From positions 1,261,184 to 1,325,183 of the forward strand of contig BCKQ01000002.1 of NCBI GenBank assembly GCA_001600695.1: DNA of 64,000 nt, given 5' to 3'. Each line of letters begins with the position of its first letter. Within the stretch, counting starts at the first letter, position 1. Below the pieces are notes generated by a model. That model was not told the DNA's origin and did not search any database. It saw only the letters and a list, made by a program, of their open reading frames with translations. This DNA is from Ascoidea asiatica JCM 7603. Lineage: Eukaryota > Fungi > Ascomycota. The position numbers and the translations under genes are program-made. This document shows, one piece after another, positions 11,554-23,771 of this stretch.

Positions 11554-12780
11554 ATGGTAGAAGAAAATAAAGACTGGAAACCTTTGGATGTGATAGTTCT
11601 TGGTGCTGGATTAGGTGGTTTAGCAGCTGCAATTGCAATGAGAGTCAATGGTCATAAAGTTAGAATTTATGAAAGATATCATTTTGCAGGAGAAGTTGGA
11701 GCATCATTATCTTGTGCCTCTAATGGTGGAAAACTTTTAAATGAATGGGGTGTTCCTATATTAGATTCCAAACCAATAATTTTAAAAAATTTAATAAAAC
11801 ATGATTGGGAAACTGGTAAAATTAATGGAATTTATGATTTAGGTGATTATAAAAAAGCATTTGGTAGTTCATATTATAATTTTCATAGAATTGATATTCA
11901 TAATGTACTTAAAAAATATTCAAAAGATCTTGGTTGTGAATTAATTCTTGATCATAAAGCAATAAAAATTGATTATGAAAATGGTGAAGTAATTTTTGAA
12001 AATAATAATAAAGCAAAAGGTGATTTGATTATTTCTGCGGATGGAATTAATTCAATTTCTAGAAGTCAAATTGGTGTAATTCCAGTTTTTGAAAAATCTG
12101 GTCAATGTTGTTATAGATGTATAATTGAAACTGAAAAAATTCAAGAATTAGGTTTACAAGATTTTTCAAAAAATGAAGCAATTGAATTTTGGGGTGGTTA
12201 TGGTTTTGATAAAATTGTTTTATCACCATGTAGTGATGGTAAAATTATTTCATGTTATTGTTTTTATCCAAGTGAATTAAATGATAAAAGATTAGATGGT
12301 TGGAATTATTCTGCTTCTGTTGAACAATTATTAAATACTTTTCCAAAATTAGATAGTGAATTAAAAAAACTTTTTAAAATTTCTTATGATATTAAACAAT
12401 GGAAATTATATGATTATAAACCACTTGATTATTGGTATAAAGGAAAAGTTGCTTTATTAGGTGATGCAGCTCATCCTTTTGTTCCACATCAATCTCAAGG
12501 TGCTGTAATGGCATTTGAAGATGCTGGTGCTTTAGGTTATATTTTTAGTAAAAAATATGCTTTATCAGTAAAAGAAGGTTTAGAGCTTTATGAAAAAGTA
12601 AGAAAACCAAGAGCTTCCAAAGTTCAATATGCTTCTTTTAGAGCTTCAACTAATCTTAATGAAAGAATTGGCTGGAGTTCTAGTGCAGATGATTTAAACT
12701 CTGATAAATTGACAATTGAAGAAGTTTGTGGTTATGATATGAAAAATCATATTAATGAATTGATCAAGGCTAATGCTTAA
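11554..12780 (+). CDS. Salicylate-hydroxylase-like FAD-dependent monooxygenase
   Basis: GAGLGG, ISADG and LLGDAAHPFVPHQSQGAVMAFEDA motifs; YEKVRKPRASKVQ. Confidence 0.92.
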   Translation: MVEENKDWKPLDVIVLGAGLGGLAAAIAMRVNGHKVRIYERYHFAGEVGASLSCASNGGKLLNEWGVPILDSKPIILKNLIKHDWETGKINGIYDLGDYKKAFGSSYYNFHRIDIHNVLKKYSKDLGCELILDHKAIKIDYENGEVIFENNNKAKGDLIISADGINSISRSQIGVIPVFEKSGQCCYRCIIETEKIQELGLQDFSKNEAIEFWGGYGFDKIVLSPCSDGKIISCYCFYPSELNDKRLDGWNYSASVEQLLNTFPKLDSELKKLFKISYDIKQWKLYDYKPLDYWYKGKVALLGDAAHPFVPHQSQGAVMAFEDAGALGYIFSKKYALSVKEGLELYEKVRKPRASKVQYASFRASTNLNERIGWSSSADDLNSDKLTIEEVCGYDMKNHINELIKANA

Positions 12781-13563
12781 ATGAATATTTTTTTTATTTT
12801 TATTGTTTTTTCTTTTTTATATATTGTTTATACATATTCTTAATTTTCACATAATTCGCTTAAATTTCTTTTTCAAATCTGTGAATATGCTGATACTAAA
12901 TAACATTATTTATGATTATACAATTAACCCCTATTAATCTTTATGAAATAATTAACAACCTCAAACTTGAAAATGAATCTTATTTGAAATCTTTATTAAT
13001 TGATAGTTTTATTTGTATTTCTCGTAGTTTTGAGGTTTCATTTTATGATATTCATACATTTAAATAAATATTTTAATTGGTCTTTAACTGCTTATCTATT
13101 GAAAACTTTAAACCTACTGTTAGATATTAAATTTAATATTTATTTCCACCTTAAATAACACCGAAACTATAAAGTAATTTGTTTATTATAAACTTTTATA
13201 TTCTTATTTTCTATTGTTTAAATCTCATTAAATACAGGTAAACACACTTGCACAACTCAAGCAAATAGTGTTGGCGTCCAAAAGTGCGGTTCCTTACCAT
13301 AGACAACGAAGATAACGCATGTGCCCTTAAGTTCACTCAACAACTAAAAGCATCATAAGAAGATTGATAATGAAAAGAATATTAGTAATATCAAAAAGAA
13401 GTAAAAAGAGTGAAAGAAATCTAATTATAAGCAACACCCTCATCAAAAATTCATTTCAGAAACACTTCTTACTTTGCTGGATTACTGATAATAGCAAGCT
13501 TTCTTTGTTTATAACCAGATAAGTATCAAATAAAAGTTTGCAAAGTTCATTTAAATATTTCAA

Positions 13564-14064
13564 ATGGGTGGACCATCAAAAAAAGGAAGAAAAAGAGCTT
13601 GTGATAAATGTCATTTTATCAAACAGGTTTGTACTGGTGATATTGTTCCATGTAATAGATGCAAAAGAATGAATCTTCCATGTTTATTTGATAGACCGTT
13701 TCGAAAACTTGGTAGACCTAAAGCAAATATTGAATCTTCAATTGGTTCAAAAGGTAATATAACAAAGAAAAATAATATAAAAGATATTCAAAATAAAAAA
13801 AATCCAACAAATATTATGATAGATCCTTTTATTATTGAGAATAGCACTTTTTTGGATTTTGCAATGGAGAATCCACTTTTAACATCTAACAATTCTATTG
13901 AACCCTTTAACAATGATCAACAATTAGAAATAGACCATAACAGCTATAATCATCAAAATAATGAAAACAATAAACAAAATAACTATAAGAATCATCCCAA
14001 TAATCAATTTTATACTGAAACTAACATTTTGAATAATGATCAGCTTCAAAATAACTACCTCAAT

Positions 14065-14142
<78 letters not shown>

Positions 14143-15999
14143 CAATTTGAAGCTAATCAAGTAAACTATTCCAATAATCCAAATTCATTACTCTCATATG
14201 GTCAAAATGAATCTTTCAATAATAATTTGAATTCCTTAGATTCTGATAATATCTTTATTTCCGAAATTAATCCAATTTTTACAAATTATCAAGATGATTT
14301 AACGACAAGCTCGAATTCTACTACACCTTTAGAGTTTCAACCTTTTCAATCAATTAATAATCAATTTACTCAACGTATACCATCTTTAGAATCAATACAA
14401 CCAATACACCCAATACAACCTATACAAATTACACAATCTTTAGAACCAATACTGTCTATACAATCCGCACAATCTAATAATCATATGGAAACTAGGGAGA
14501 TCTTGAATTCAAGTCAACAATTTCAATCAAATCAGCAACTCCAATCAATTGAAGAGATTAATTCTATAAATAATTCTAAGTTAGAAACCAAGAAAAAAAC
14601 ACATTTTCAAGTTCCTAAAATAAATTCAGAAACATTTGAATATTTAAATAATGCAGCTTATAATAATAATTTAAACCTAATAAATAATTTAATCTGTGAG
14701 AAAAGTTTAAATAAAAAAGAAAGATATTATTTACATTATTTTATTTCCGATGTTTCTTCATCAATATTTTCAGATGATTCAACAATAAATTATTTCATGA
14801 ATATAGTAATTCCATTAACACTTAAAGATAACAGAATCAAATATCCAGTATTAGCTATATCGTCATCGTATCTTTCTGGAATTGATAAAAGAAAATATTA
14901 TAGAGATTCAATACTTTTTAAATCATATTCTCAAGCAACATTATTGGGGACAACTTCAAGTTCAGAATTTTATTTTTCTAATGGAATTTTACTTTCAATA
15001 TTATTATTAATAATGATGGAAATTTTAAATGGTACATCACTTTATTGGTATGTTCTTTTGGAAAAAGCTTCAAAAATTGTTCAATTCAGAGGTGGTATAA
15101 AAAAAATATTAGAATCAGAAAATGATTATTCACCATTATTAGCACAACTTTTTTGTTATATGGATTTAATTTCATCTTTAAGTACATGTTCTCAGCCATA
15201 TATTCAAAAATCATTAACAAATAATCGAGATAATAAAAAAGATAATGAAGAGAATGAAGATAGCGGAAATAATAAAGATAATAAAGAGACTTCAATTGAG
15301 AAAATTTCATTCAGTTTGGATGATAATGATAAAGAAAGCACTAAATTAATTAAAATTGAAGGTAATTCAAATGTTTTTGATAATGAATTTGAAAATGAAA
15401 TTGAAAATATATTAAATTCTAAATTTGGATTTAAATTTGGAATTGCAGGAGAAATTTTTCAATTTTTAGGTAATATTTCAACATTATCATCATTAAGAAA
15501 ATATAGATATTTATCAAAAGAAAATGAAGAAAATTTCAAAAAATTAGGAGAAATTTTAGAATTAAAACTTCAAAATTACTCATTTACAATGAATTTAAAA
15601 AATATTGAAGATGTTTATAAATCAGAATATGCAATCGCATTACAATGGGCATCATTTATTAGATTAGAACAAATAACAAATGGATATGATAGAAGAGCAA
15701 TTAGAATGGAAGTTTGTTTACAAACTATTCTAAAAGCTTTAAGTTCAATTCCAGAAGATTCAAATTTGGAAACAGGATTATTATTTCCATTAATTATGGC
15801 AGGATCAGTTGCAATTTTAGATAAAGATAGAAATTTTATCATGTCAAGACTTAAGAATATCAAGAATAAAGTTAGATTTCCATATGTTGGAGAATTTGAA
15901 AATTTATTACTAAAAGTCTGGAGTTCAGATGATAATAGTGATGATGTGAATTGGGCTGCAGTTAGATATTATGAATTTCCAGGTCTAGTAATGTTTTAA
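13564..15999 (+). CDS. Zn(II)2Cys6 transcription factor with poly-Asn linker and a C-terminal fungal-specific TF domain (Fungal_trans_2-like)
   Basis: ACDKCHFIKQVCTGDIVPCNRCKRMNLPC binuclear cluster; C-terminal LLFPLIMAGS...LLKVW pattern. Confidence 0.92.
14067..14142 (+). repeat. (AAT)n microsatellite encoding poly-Asn in the TF
   Basis: About 25 perfect AAT units. Confidence 0.95.
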
Positions 16000-16756
16000 T
16001 TAAATAATTAATATAAGTATAAATCAATGATAATGATAATGAGACTATTTCTACGGGACCCTTTTATACAAGACACAAATTCTAGGACAGTTGACCAATA
16101 TACTTTAACAGTGGATCCTAAAAGTTAAATTGTAATATCATGTACTTTACTGCATTTTCTACCTCTAAGTAGTATATTTTGCATCACCCACTATGCTGGA
16201 TCATTGCCACCCGAAGACCAAACCGACTGACATCCGACTACTTTCTAGCCTATATCCGACCACAAAGTCGCCCAGCATGTCCCGGAAAAGCAGTTGCCCC
16301 CCGGATCAGCACTGGATCACACTGCTGAGCTAGAATTGTGATATGGTCTACAGGCTTGAGCAGTGTTTGTAAGGAGATTACATTTGATAACCCATCTAAA
16401 GCTGCTGGTATAGATATAAGATAGACCATTTCATACAATTCTCTTTTTATTTTCTTCTTTTGAATCTATATCTTAATTTCTTTAACAAATAATTTATTTC
16501 TCACTTATTTCTTTTCTATTATATTTTCAATATTCACCATTATTTTCTATTATATCATCAAGGGTTAAATTTTTTGTATAATTATATTTGACCTTTTAAA
16601 TTCATAATCTGATCAATCTCACCCTTTTATAGAAATCTCAAATTCATTTACAAGGAAATCAAATCAACAAAAAAAAAATAAAACTGTTACTTTAAATATA
16701 AAATTGCTTAGTGTTTATCATATTTTACTCAATTCCCTTTTTTTTTTGATTCAATC

Positions 16757-19318
16757 ATGTCAAAAGATTATTTTTTATTGAAGAATTTAAATGATGAATT
16801 TGAAAAGTTCAAAGAATCTTCTTCTTTAAATTCAAGTTTATTAGATACAAAAGAATTGATTTCATATTTGAAGAACATTAAATCCCAAGTTGAATCAAAA
16901 TCAAAATTACAATCAAAATTAAATTCAAATACAAATTCAAATTTAAATACAAATTCAAGTAATATCAATGTAAATTCAAATAACATCAAAAAAAAGGCTC
17001 ATAATAATAATAATAATAATAATAACACTTATAAAACAAGTAATAATATAACCAATGAAGATCATGATTTTCTTGATATATATAATTTGGATAAATTAAT
17101 CAATTCAAAAATAAACAATTGGAAAAAAACAATAAATTCAAATCTAAAAAAATCTCATAATTCTACTAATAAATTTAGTAAATTTTTTGAAAATAAAGTT
17201 TTTTCTTTTGAATTAGTTGATCAAATTAATAGTTTCAATTCAAATATTTTGAACATTAATAATAATCATATTAATAACAATAACAATAATAATGATTTTG
17301 ATAGTAATGATTACAATAAGGATATGTTATCTTTTAAGAAAAAAAATCTAATCAATCAATTGATTTTGAATCATTTACTTATACATGAATTCAATAATAA
17401 CAATAATAGCAATAATGCAGATAATCAAGACACTATTAGCAATAATGATAACAAGAAAGATAATCAATCAGAAATATCTTCAAATAAATTAATAGAATTA
17501 TTAGAAAATAATTTCAAATATAAAATCAATAATGATTTAAAATTAAAATTAAACAATTTAAATTATATTATATCTAAATTAAACAACGATAAAAAACCAA
17601 ATTTACTACCTGCTTTTAAATGGTGTGAAGATAATTCAATACAATTACAAAAATTAAATTCAGATTTAGAATTTAATTTAAATATTTTAACTTTTTGTCT
17701 TTTATATAAAGGTATATTAAGCTTAAATGATATACAGTTCATACCAAATAATTCTTCAATTAACTCTTTTAATAATATTATTGAAGATCCAAATTGTTTC
17801 AATGCTTATATATATTGTAAAAGTATTTTTGATAAATATATCAATAATTCTAAATTTTCAAAACTACATTTAATTAAGCAGCTATTAACTTTAACTTTTA
17901 TCAATAATAATAGTATTACTAGTATCAATAATAAAAGTAACTCATGTAATTCAAATAATTTAATCAATGAAATTATTGAAAACTTACCTTTAATTGCAAA
18001 TCAATTCATTTGTACTTTTTTCACAATTAATAATTTGAATTTAAATTCAAATTTATATTATGCTTTAATAACTTCTTATATTTCATTACCCTTGGTATTT
18101 AAATTCAACTCAATTAATCAAAAATTATTAGGTATCAAGCCTGCTTCAAAAAGATTTAGTAATTCAACTTCAAGTGCAAATATTAACAATAGTAATAATA
18201 ATAACAATAATAGTAATAATAATAACAATACTATGAGTGGCTCTGATTCAGTACGTCAATTAAGAAATAGAAGTCTTAGTGTCAATTTTGCTTCAAAACC
18301 TATATCCAACTCAAATAATGAAAAAAATTGGACCTCAGAAAATGAATTACCTATTGAAATTGAATTACCTGATTTTATGTCTAAAAGTCATCCAATATTT
18401 ATTTGTCCAGTTTCAAAACAAGAAACAACTAAAAAAAATCCTGCAATTTTATTACCTTGTAATCATATAATTTCTGAAGAAGCTTTAAATCAACTATCTT
18501 CCATTAAAAATAGTAGAAGAAGGTATGGAACAGAATTTAGTTATTCAGAAGATGATGATGACGATGATGAAAATGAAGATAGTGATGAAAATGGAGAAAA
18601 TAATGATGACGACGAAGAAACTGGTATGGATAGTGAAGATACGGAAGAAAATTATCCAGATTTCTCTGATTTTGGTAATTTTATCAATATAAATTCAACT
18701 AATGGTAATAATACAAATAATAATAACATTAATGGTAATCGAGATATTGGAAATAATGAGGATGAAGCAAACGCATTTTCAAGATATGATAGTAATTTAA
18801 CTTCTGCATTATTTGAAGAATATAGAGATGATATTGAGCTTTCATTGAGAATTATATCCCCTGGATATGAAAGGTCAAGAATGGAGAATGATAGTTCAAG
18901 CGATGATGATTTAAGTGAAACTGAAATGAACCCAGAAAGTGGCTCAAATAATTTGAATATTGCAGATGATAATGCAGTACCCTCTAATAGTAGTAATTTA
19001 GCTGATAACAGAACTTCTCGCGGAACTAATTCATCTATTATTTCTAATTTCAATGCATTGATTTCAAATCGAGAAGGGGATACTGTAACTCCAAGGAGTC
19101 GTTTTTTGACACATAGAAGATTTGGTGTTGCTCCAGATGATGCTTTGGAAGGTTTTGCGAGTAGAAATCGGGGTGGTAGATTCTTTTTAAATTCAAGAAG
19201 GCAGACAAGAAATGGGAATTCTTATAATTTTAGTCCTAATACTTCAGTTTCTTTCAAATGTCCATATTGCCCAGTATTATGTAAAAAGGAAAACACAGTT
19301 AAAGTTTTCTTTCGTTAG
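16757..19318 (+). CDS. RMD5: GID/CTLH complex RING E3 subunit Rmd5/Gid2, with low-complexity insertions
   Basis: AFKWCEDN...SDLEFNL (CTLH), WTSENELPIEIELP, HPIFICPVSKQETTKKNPAILLPCNHIISEEAL...FKCPYCP degenerate RING. Confidence 0.88.
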   Translation: MSKDYFLLKNLNDEFEKFKESSSLNSSLLDTKELISYLKNIKSQVESKSKLQSKLNSNTNSNLNTNSSNINVNSNNIKKKAHNNNNNNNNTYKTSNNITNEDHDFLDIYNLDKLINSKINNWKKTINSNLKKSHNSTNKFSKFFENKVFSFELVDQINSFNSNILNINNNHINNNNNNNDFDSNDYNKDMLSFKKKNLINQLILNHLLIHEFNNNNNSNNADNQDTISNNDNKKDNQSEISSNKLIELLENNFKYKINNDLKLKLNNLNYIISKLNNDKKPNLLPAFKWCEDNSIQLQKLNSDLEFNLNILTFCLLYKGILSLNDIQFIPNNSSINSFNNIIEDPNCFNAYIYCKSIFDKYINNSKFSKLHLIKQLLTLTFINNNSITSINNKSNSCNSNNLINEIIENLPLIANQFICTFFTINNLNLNSNLYYALITSYISLPLVFKFNSINQKLLGIKPASKRFSNSTSSANINNSNNNNNNSNNNNNTMSGSDSVRQLRNRSLSVNFASKPISNSNNEKNWTSENELPIEIELPDFMSKSHPIFICPVSKQETTKKNPAILLPCNHIISEEALNQLSSIKNSRRRYGTEFSYSEDDDDDDENEDSDENGENNDDDEETGMDSEDTEENYPDFSDFGNFININSTNGNNTNNNNINGNRDIGNNEDEANAFSRYDSNLTSALFEEYRDDIELSLRIISPGYERSRMENDSSSDDDLSETEMNPESGSNNLNIADDNAVPSNSSNLADNRTSRGTNSSIISNFNALISNREGDTVTPRSRFLTHRRFGVAPDDALEGFASRNRGGRFFLNSRRQTRNGNSYNFSPNTSVSFKCPYCPVLCKKENTVKVFFR

Positions 19319-19703
19319 TTTTTTAACTTATTTTTTTTGAATTCATTTTATTTCACTTTATTTTTATTAAATTTTTTTATTTCTTTAAGGTTAAATTGGA
19401 TTACTTTTATTTCTTGTTAGAATTTTTATTATGATCATTATTACATAACTGTTGATAATTATGAGGGGTTTAATCTTTTGATTTTTTTTTTGAAAATTTA
19501 ATTTTTTGATCATTGTAAATACTTTTACTTTAATTACTAATTTTTTGAAAATAATTAGTTATATACAGTACTTATATATATATTTATATTTATATATTAT
19601 ACAAAAATGGCTAAAAAGTGTTTGGAAAGTATATTAAAATTCTTAAATAATTATGAGAAAAAAACAAACTTCATAAATTTTCAATAAGTTCATTATAAAT
19701 TTA

Positions 19704-20960
19704 TTATAATTCTAATGGAGTACCATTTTCTAATTTTGAAGAACCAAATTTTTTAATTCTAATAGATTGAACAGCAATAAAACCAGTTGCATCTTGTGGT
19801 TCAAAACCAGTTAATTCATCCATTGAAGATTCAGTTGCATTATATAATTTTTCAGTATTTGAATATCTACCACGAATGATTAAAGAACCTTTATAACAAG
19901 AAGCTCTAACGACACCATTAACAGTAATTTGAGAAGGAGCAATCATAGTTCTAACATATTCACATTCTGGGGTAAAATACATACCATTATAAAATAATCT
20001 TGAAAAAGTTGGAGTTACAAAAGTATCTCTAATATTTCTAACTTCTCTATCAAGTACTAAACCTTCTAAATCAATATGAGTAGATCTTAATAAAGTAAAA
20101 CCTGGAGTTTCATAACAACCTCTTGATTTAATACCAATAAATCTATTTTCAACTATATCAATTCTTCCAACACCATTTCTTCTTGCAATTTTATTTGCAG
20201 CTAAAAATAATTTAACAGGATCTGAAACTTCAATTTTTTCACCATTTTCAGTATAAATTAATTTAGATGGTAAACCTTTATTGAAATGAATTTCAAAATC
20301 TTCAGGAATATCAGGAGCATCCATTGGATCAACAGTTAAAGTCCACATATCTTTTGGAGGAGTTGTATTTGGATCTTCTAATATACCAGCTTCAAAAGAA
20401 ATATGAGCTAAATTTTCATCAGTTGACCATGGTTTTGCAGTTGTTTGAGCAACTGGAATACCTTTTTCAGCAGCATAAGCTAATAAATCTTTTCTACCTG
20501 CAAATTTTTTAATAAATTCAGGATCTCTCCATGGAGCAATAACTTTAACTTCTGGATTTAAAGCATAAAAAGATAATTCAAATCTAACTTGATCATTACC
20601 TTTACCAGTTGCACCATGAGAAATACAATCACAACCTTCTTCTAAAGCAGCTTTCATTTGAGCTTTTGCAATTACAGGTCTTGCTAAAGCAGTACCTAAA
20701 AGGTAAACATTTTCATATATAACATTTGCTTGAACAGCTGGATATAAAATTTTTTCAACAAATTCTTTTCTAACATCAGATAAAACAAATTTTGTTGCAC
20801 CAATTTTTAAAGCTTTTTCTCTTGCAGCATCAAAATCTTCTTCTTGACCAATATTAGCTAAAAAACAAACAACTTCATAACCTTGATCTAATAACCAAGC
20901 TAAAATTACAGAAGTATCTAAACCTCCAGAATAAGCAAGACAAACTTTACCTTTTGACAT
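19704..20960 (-). CDS. ARG1: Argininosuccinate synthase
   Basis: LAYSGGLDTS, HGATGKGNDQVRFE, GRIDIVENRFIGIKSRGCYETP. Confidence 0.98.
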   Translation of the reverse strand: MSKGKVCLAYSGGLDTSVILAWLLDQGYEVVCFLANIGQEEDFDAAREKALKIGATKFVLSDVRKEFVEKILYPAVQANVIYENVYLLGTALARPVIAKAQMKAALEEGCDCISHGATGKGNDQVRFELSFYALNPEVKVIAPWRDPEFIKKFAGRKDLLAYAAEKGIPVAQTTAKPWSTDENLAHISFEAGILEDPNTTPPKDMWTLTVDPMDAPDIPEDFEIHFNKGLPSKLIYTENGEKIEVSDPVKLFLAANKIARRNGVGRIDIVENRFIGIKSRGCYETPGFTLLRSTHIDLEGLVLDREVRNIRDTFVTPTFSRLFYNGMYFTPECEYVRTMIAPSQITVNGVVRASCYKGSLIIRGRYSNTEKLYNATESSMDELTGFEPQDATGFIAVQSIRIKKFGSSKLENGTPLEL

Positions 20961-21270
20961 TTTTGAAAAGAATTAAAAGTAAATAATAAAATTTAGAATA
21001 TATTTAATTGTATATAAATTGTTTTTTTAAAAGAGATTAAAAAGAAATTAAAATAACTTTATATAACTTAATTGAATATGGAATAAAATAAAGTTAAAAA
21101 AAAAAAAAAAGATTAAGGGATGAAAAAACAATTTATATTTATATTTAATAATATATAAATATCATTGAGTGAAAATAAAATTTTGTTATCTCGAAATCTG
21201 GAGCTGAAAATTTCATCGTAATTTTTGCTAAGATTGTCTCAAATTGCTAAACAGGCAAAATGAGCCAGTC

Positions 21271-21340
21271 TGAGTCAACCAGAGCATAGCGGATGTTGCC
21301 GGAATGGAACTCAAAATCCGTATTTTCTGCGTGTGAGTCA
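21271..21340. promoter_or_regulatory. Two Gcn4 sites (TGAGTCA at 21271-21277 and 21334-21340) upstream of ARG1
   Basis: Two perfect TGA(C/G)TCA elements 310-380 bp upstream of the ATG in a GC-richer patch; ARG1 is a classic Gcn4 target. Confidence 0.8.
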
Positions 21341-21685
21341 TCGGATAAACGCCACATACTTAATGGGGCTAAATTACTATTATGGTGATTGTTGCCACTT
21401 ACATAAAGTGGCTAATTTATTTGATTCCGAAGTACACAAAAAACATCCGTGAGCAGGAAATCAATGCAGCTCTGGTTAGATTTGATTATATATCTTCCAC
21501 ACAGCGGATATCCGGATTGATATTTGAAACTTTTTGCTAAATTTTGTGATGTTTTTGGTGTTTTTGGTGTTTGTGACAAGAAATTGCACCAATAAAAATT
21601 GAAAAATATGTTACAGGAATGAATAAAACAAAATAAAAAAGAATAAGGAAAGATACGAAATTGAAAGAGGAGTCGGAGAAGAACA

Positions 21686-22447
21686 TCAAAAGGCAGCTTC
21701 ATCATCTCCATTATCATCCTCTTCTTCATCACCATCATCGAAATATTTCTCTGCATTATAATCATTATCATCGTCTTCTTCAAATTCATCATCAACTTCT
21801 TCTTCCTCTTCTTCAGGTTCTTCGACTTTCTTTTTATCATCATCTTCATCATCTGCCATTGTTTTGATTTGTTCTAACATACTCATAGCTCGTAATGCAT
21901 CATCTTCTTCATTTAATCCGAATTCATCATCATCGTCATCATTATAATCATCATCATCCAGATTTTTATTATTATGATGATTTTTATTTTTATTATACAT
22001 ATTTAATGATAAAAGTTTACGTTTTTTATTATTTTTTTTATTTAAACCCATTACAGAATATAATTCATTTGGAAAAAATTCATGAACATAAGGATAATCT
22101 TCAATTGATTTACCAATTTTTCTTTTTTTAGCATATTTATCAGAATATCTTTTAATTCCATCATTTATACCTAAAATTTCTTCATTAATTTTATTTCCAT
22201 TTGATTCATTTACTATTTTATTATTATCATCTTTTAATTTCAGAGATCCTGAATAAAATGGACCATCTTTCATATTTTCTAAAAAATTTATAAATTGTTT
22301 TGAAACTTCTCTATCATATCTATTTATTGGACCATTAACAGGTAATATAAGTTCTGGTTTTTCTTCACCAACTCTAACTTGATGAAAATCAAAATCAAGT
22401 CCAAATGGAAGTTGTAAACCTCCTCTACCTCTTCCTCCTCTACTCAT
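21686..22447 (-). CDS. RPC31: RNA polymerase III subunit C31
   Basis: MSRGGRGRGG.LPFGLD, DGPFYSG, DGIKRYSDKY, FFPNELYSVMG and acidic tail ending DDDNDYNAEKYFDDG...DEAAF. Confidence 0.95.
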   Translation of the reverse strand: MSRGGRGRGGLQLPFGLDFDFHQVRVGEEKPELILPVNGPINRYDREVSKQFINFLENMKDGPFYSGSLKLKDDNNKIVNESNGNKINEEILGINDGIKRYSDKYAKKRKIGKSIEDYPYVHEFFPNELYSVMGLNKKNNKKRKLLSLNMYNKNKNHHNNKNLDDDDYNDDDDDEFGLNEEDDALRAMSMLEQIKTMADDEDDDKKKVEEPEEEEEEVDDEFEEDDDNDYNAEKYFDDGDEEEDDNGDDEAAF

Positions 22448-22500
22448 ATCAAATGAAACATATGAATTATATACAATTATTTAATTGACTTTTTTTTTTG

Positions 22501-22605
22501 AAATTTTTCATTTATCTTTTATTTAAATCATAGTAGTATTATTTTTTTTTTTGAATTTATTTCTTGAATCGGCAGTTAAAAATATTAAAAAAATCCAATC
22601 ACGTG
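22501..22605. promoter_or_regulatory. RRPE (AAATTTTTCA, 22501-22510) and Cbf1-type TCACGTG (22599-22605) upstream of RPC31
   Basis: Consensus matches at promoter distance from a ribosome-biogenesis-regulon gene. Confidence 0.5.
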
Positions 22606-23531
22606 CTTTATATGTAATTTCATTTATTGAAAATATTACTGCTAATAAAAATCTTGATTTTAAATTGATTTGATAGATCAATTGATCATTAATAATATAT
22701 ATTACAATTTCAAATCTTGAAAAAAAAATTGTTAATTTTTTTGCTCTTATTGTTGAATTAAAAAATGTGAAAGAAATATATCAATTAACTGTTGAAGATG
22801 TATGATTTTTTTTGTTATTTTAAAAAAAATACTTTTTTGTAATCAGGAATCCTGTTATTAAAGTTAAATCCTCATTAGTTCCATAATTTCTTAGCTTTTT
22901 AATTTATTAATTCCAAATAGCCGAATTAAGAGCCCTAATGAAATAAAACTTGAAAACATTGGGAATTTTATGGTGGGTTTTGGGTTCGGGAAATTTCAGC
23001 GCTAAAGTATTTGCTAGAGATTGCGTTACTAATAATTATGTGTTGTGTTGGTTGTCTCTTTGCGCGCATTTCTATAGGTAGCGTGAGAATAAACTAAAAT
23101 TACCTGCACGCCTTCATAAATAATTTCTCAAATAATAATCACTTTAAATAATTATTTTTATTTTTCGCGTCTTTTTTATTAAAAATAGTCTTTATTAATT
23201 AATTCTTCCCCTTAAAATTAATCAGAGTAAAATATTTCAGAATATTTCAAATTATTAAACAAGATTGCTGGATTAAAATGAACATTACATCTCAATAAAA
23301 GATAATAATAATAATAATAATAAAGAAGATAATTAATTTGCCTACAGGCTTCTTGAGCAATTAATTCAAAAAAAAATATATTCTTTAAAGAGCTGTAGGA
23401 TATGAAACTGTTTGCTTTTCACTGAAATTTTTTCGAATTTGAAGAAACTTCTTTATTCATTTTTATTTATATTGATAATCTTTTTTCTATAAGTGCTTCT
23501 TTTCTTCTTGTTTGATTGATTGAAAGTGAGG

Positions 23532-23565
<34 letters not shown>

Positions 23566-23717
23566 GACTTTGTGCTGGATTAGAACATGCCAGTTTAGAT
23601 TTAGTGGAATAAAAAGAAACTATTTTTCAGATTCACTGGGATTCCCAAAGTCAATTATTATTGATTATGAATTATATTTTTTTTGCAATATTGAAGATGG
23701 AATTACAGTATGAATTA

Positions 23718-23770
<53 letters not shown>
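23718..23770 (+). repeat. (AAT)n microsatellite, intergenic
   Basis: About 17 AAT units. Confidence 0.9.

Positions 23771-23771
<1 letters not shown>

Noticed and set aside
19314-19558. Possible terminal intron in RMD5 (GTTAGT at the stop codon; TACTAAT...TAG near 19535-19558)
   Set aside because: The protein already ends at about the expected position after CPYCP, and the spliced extension would be TA-repeat-derived sequence.
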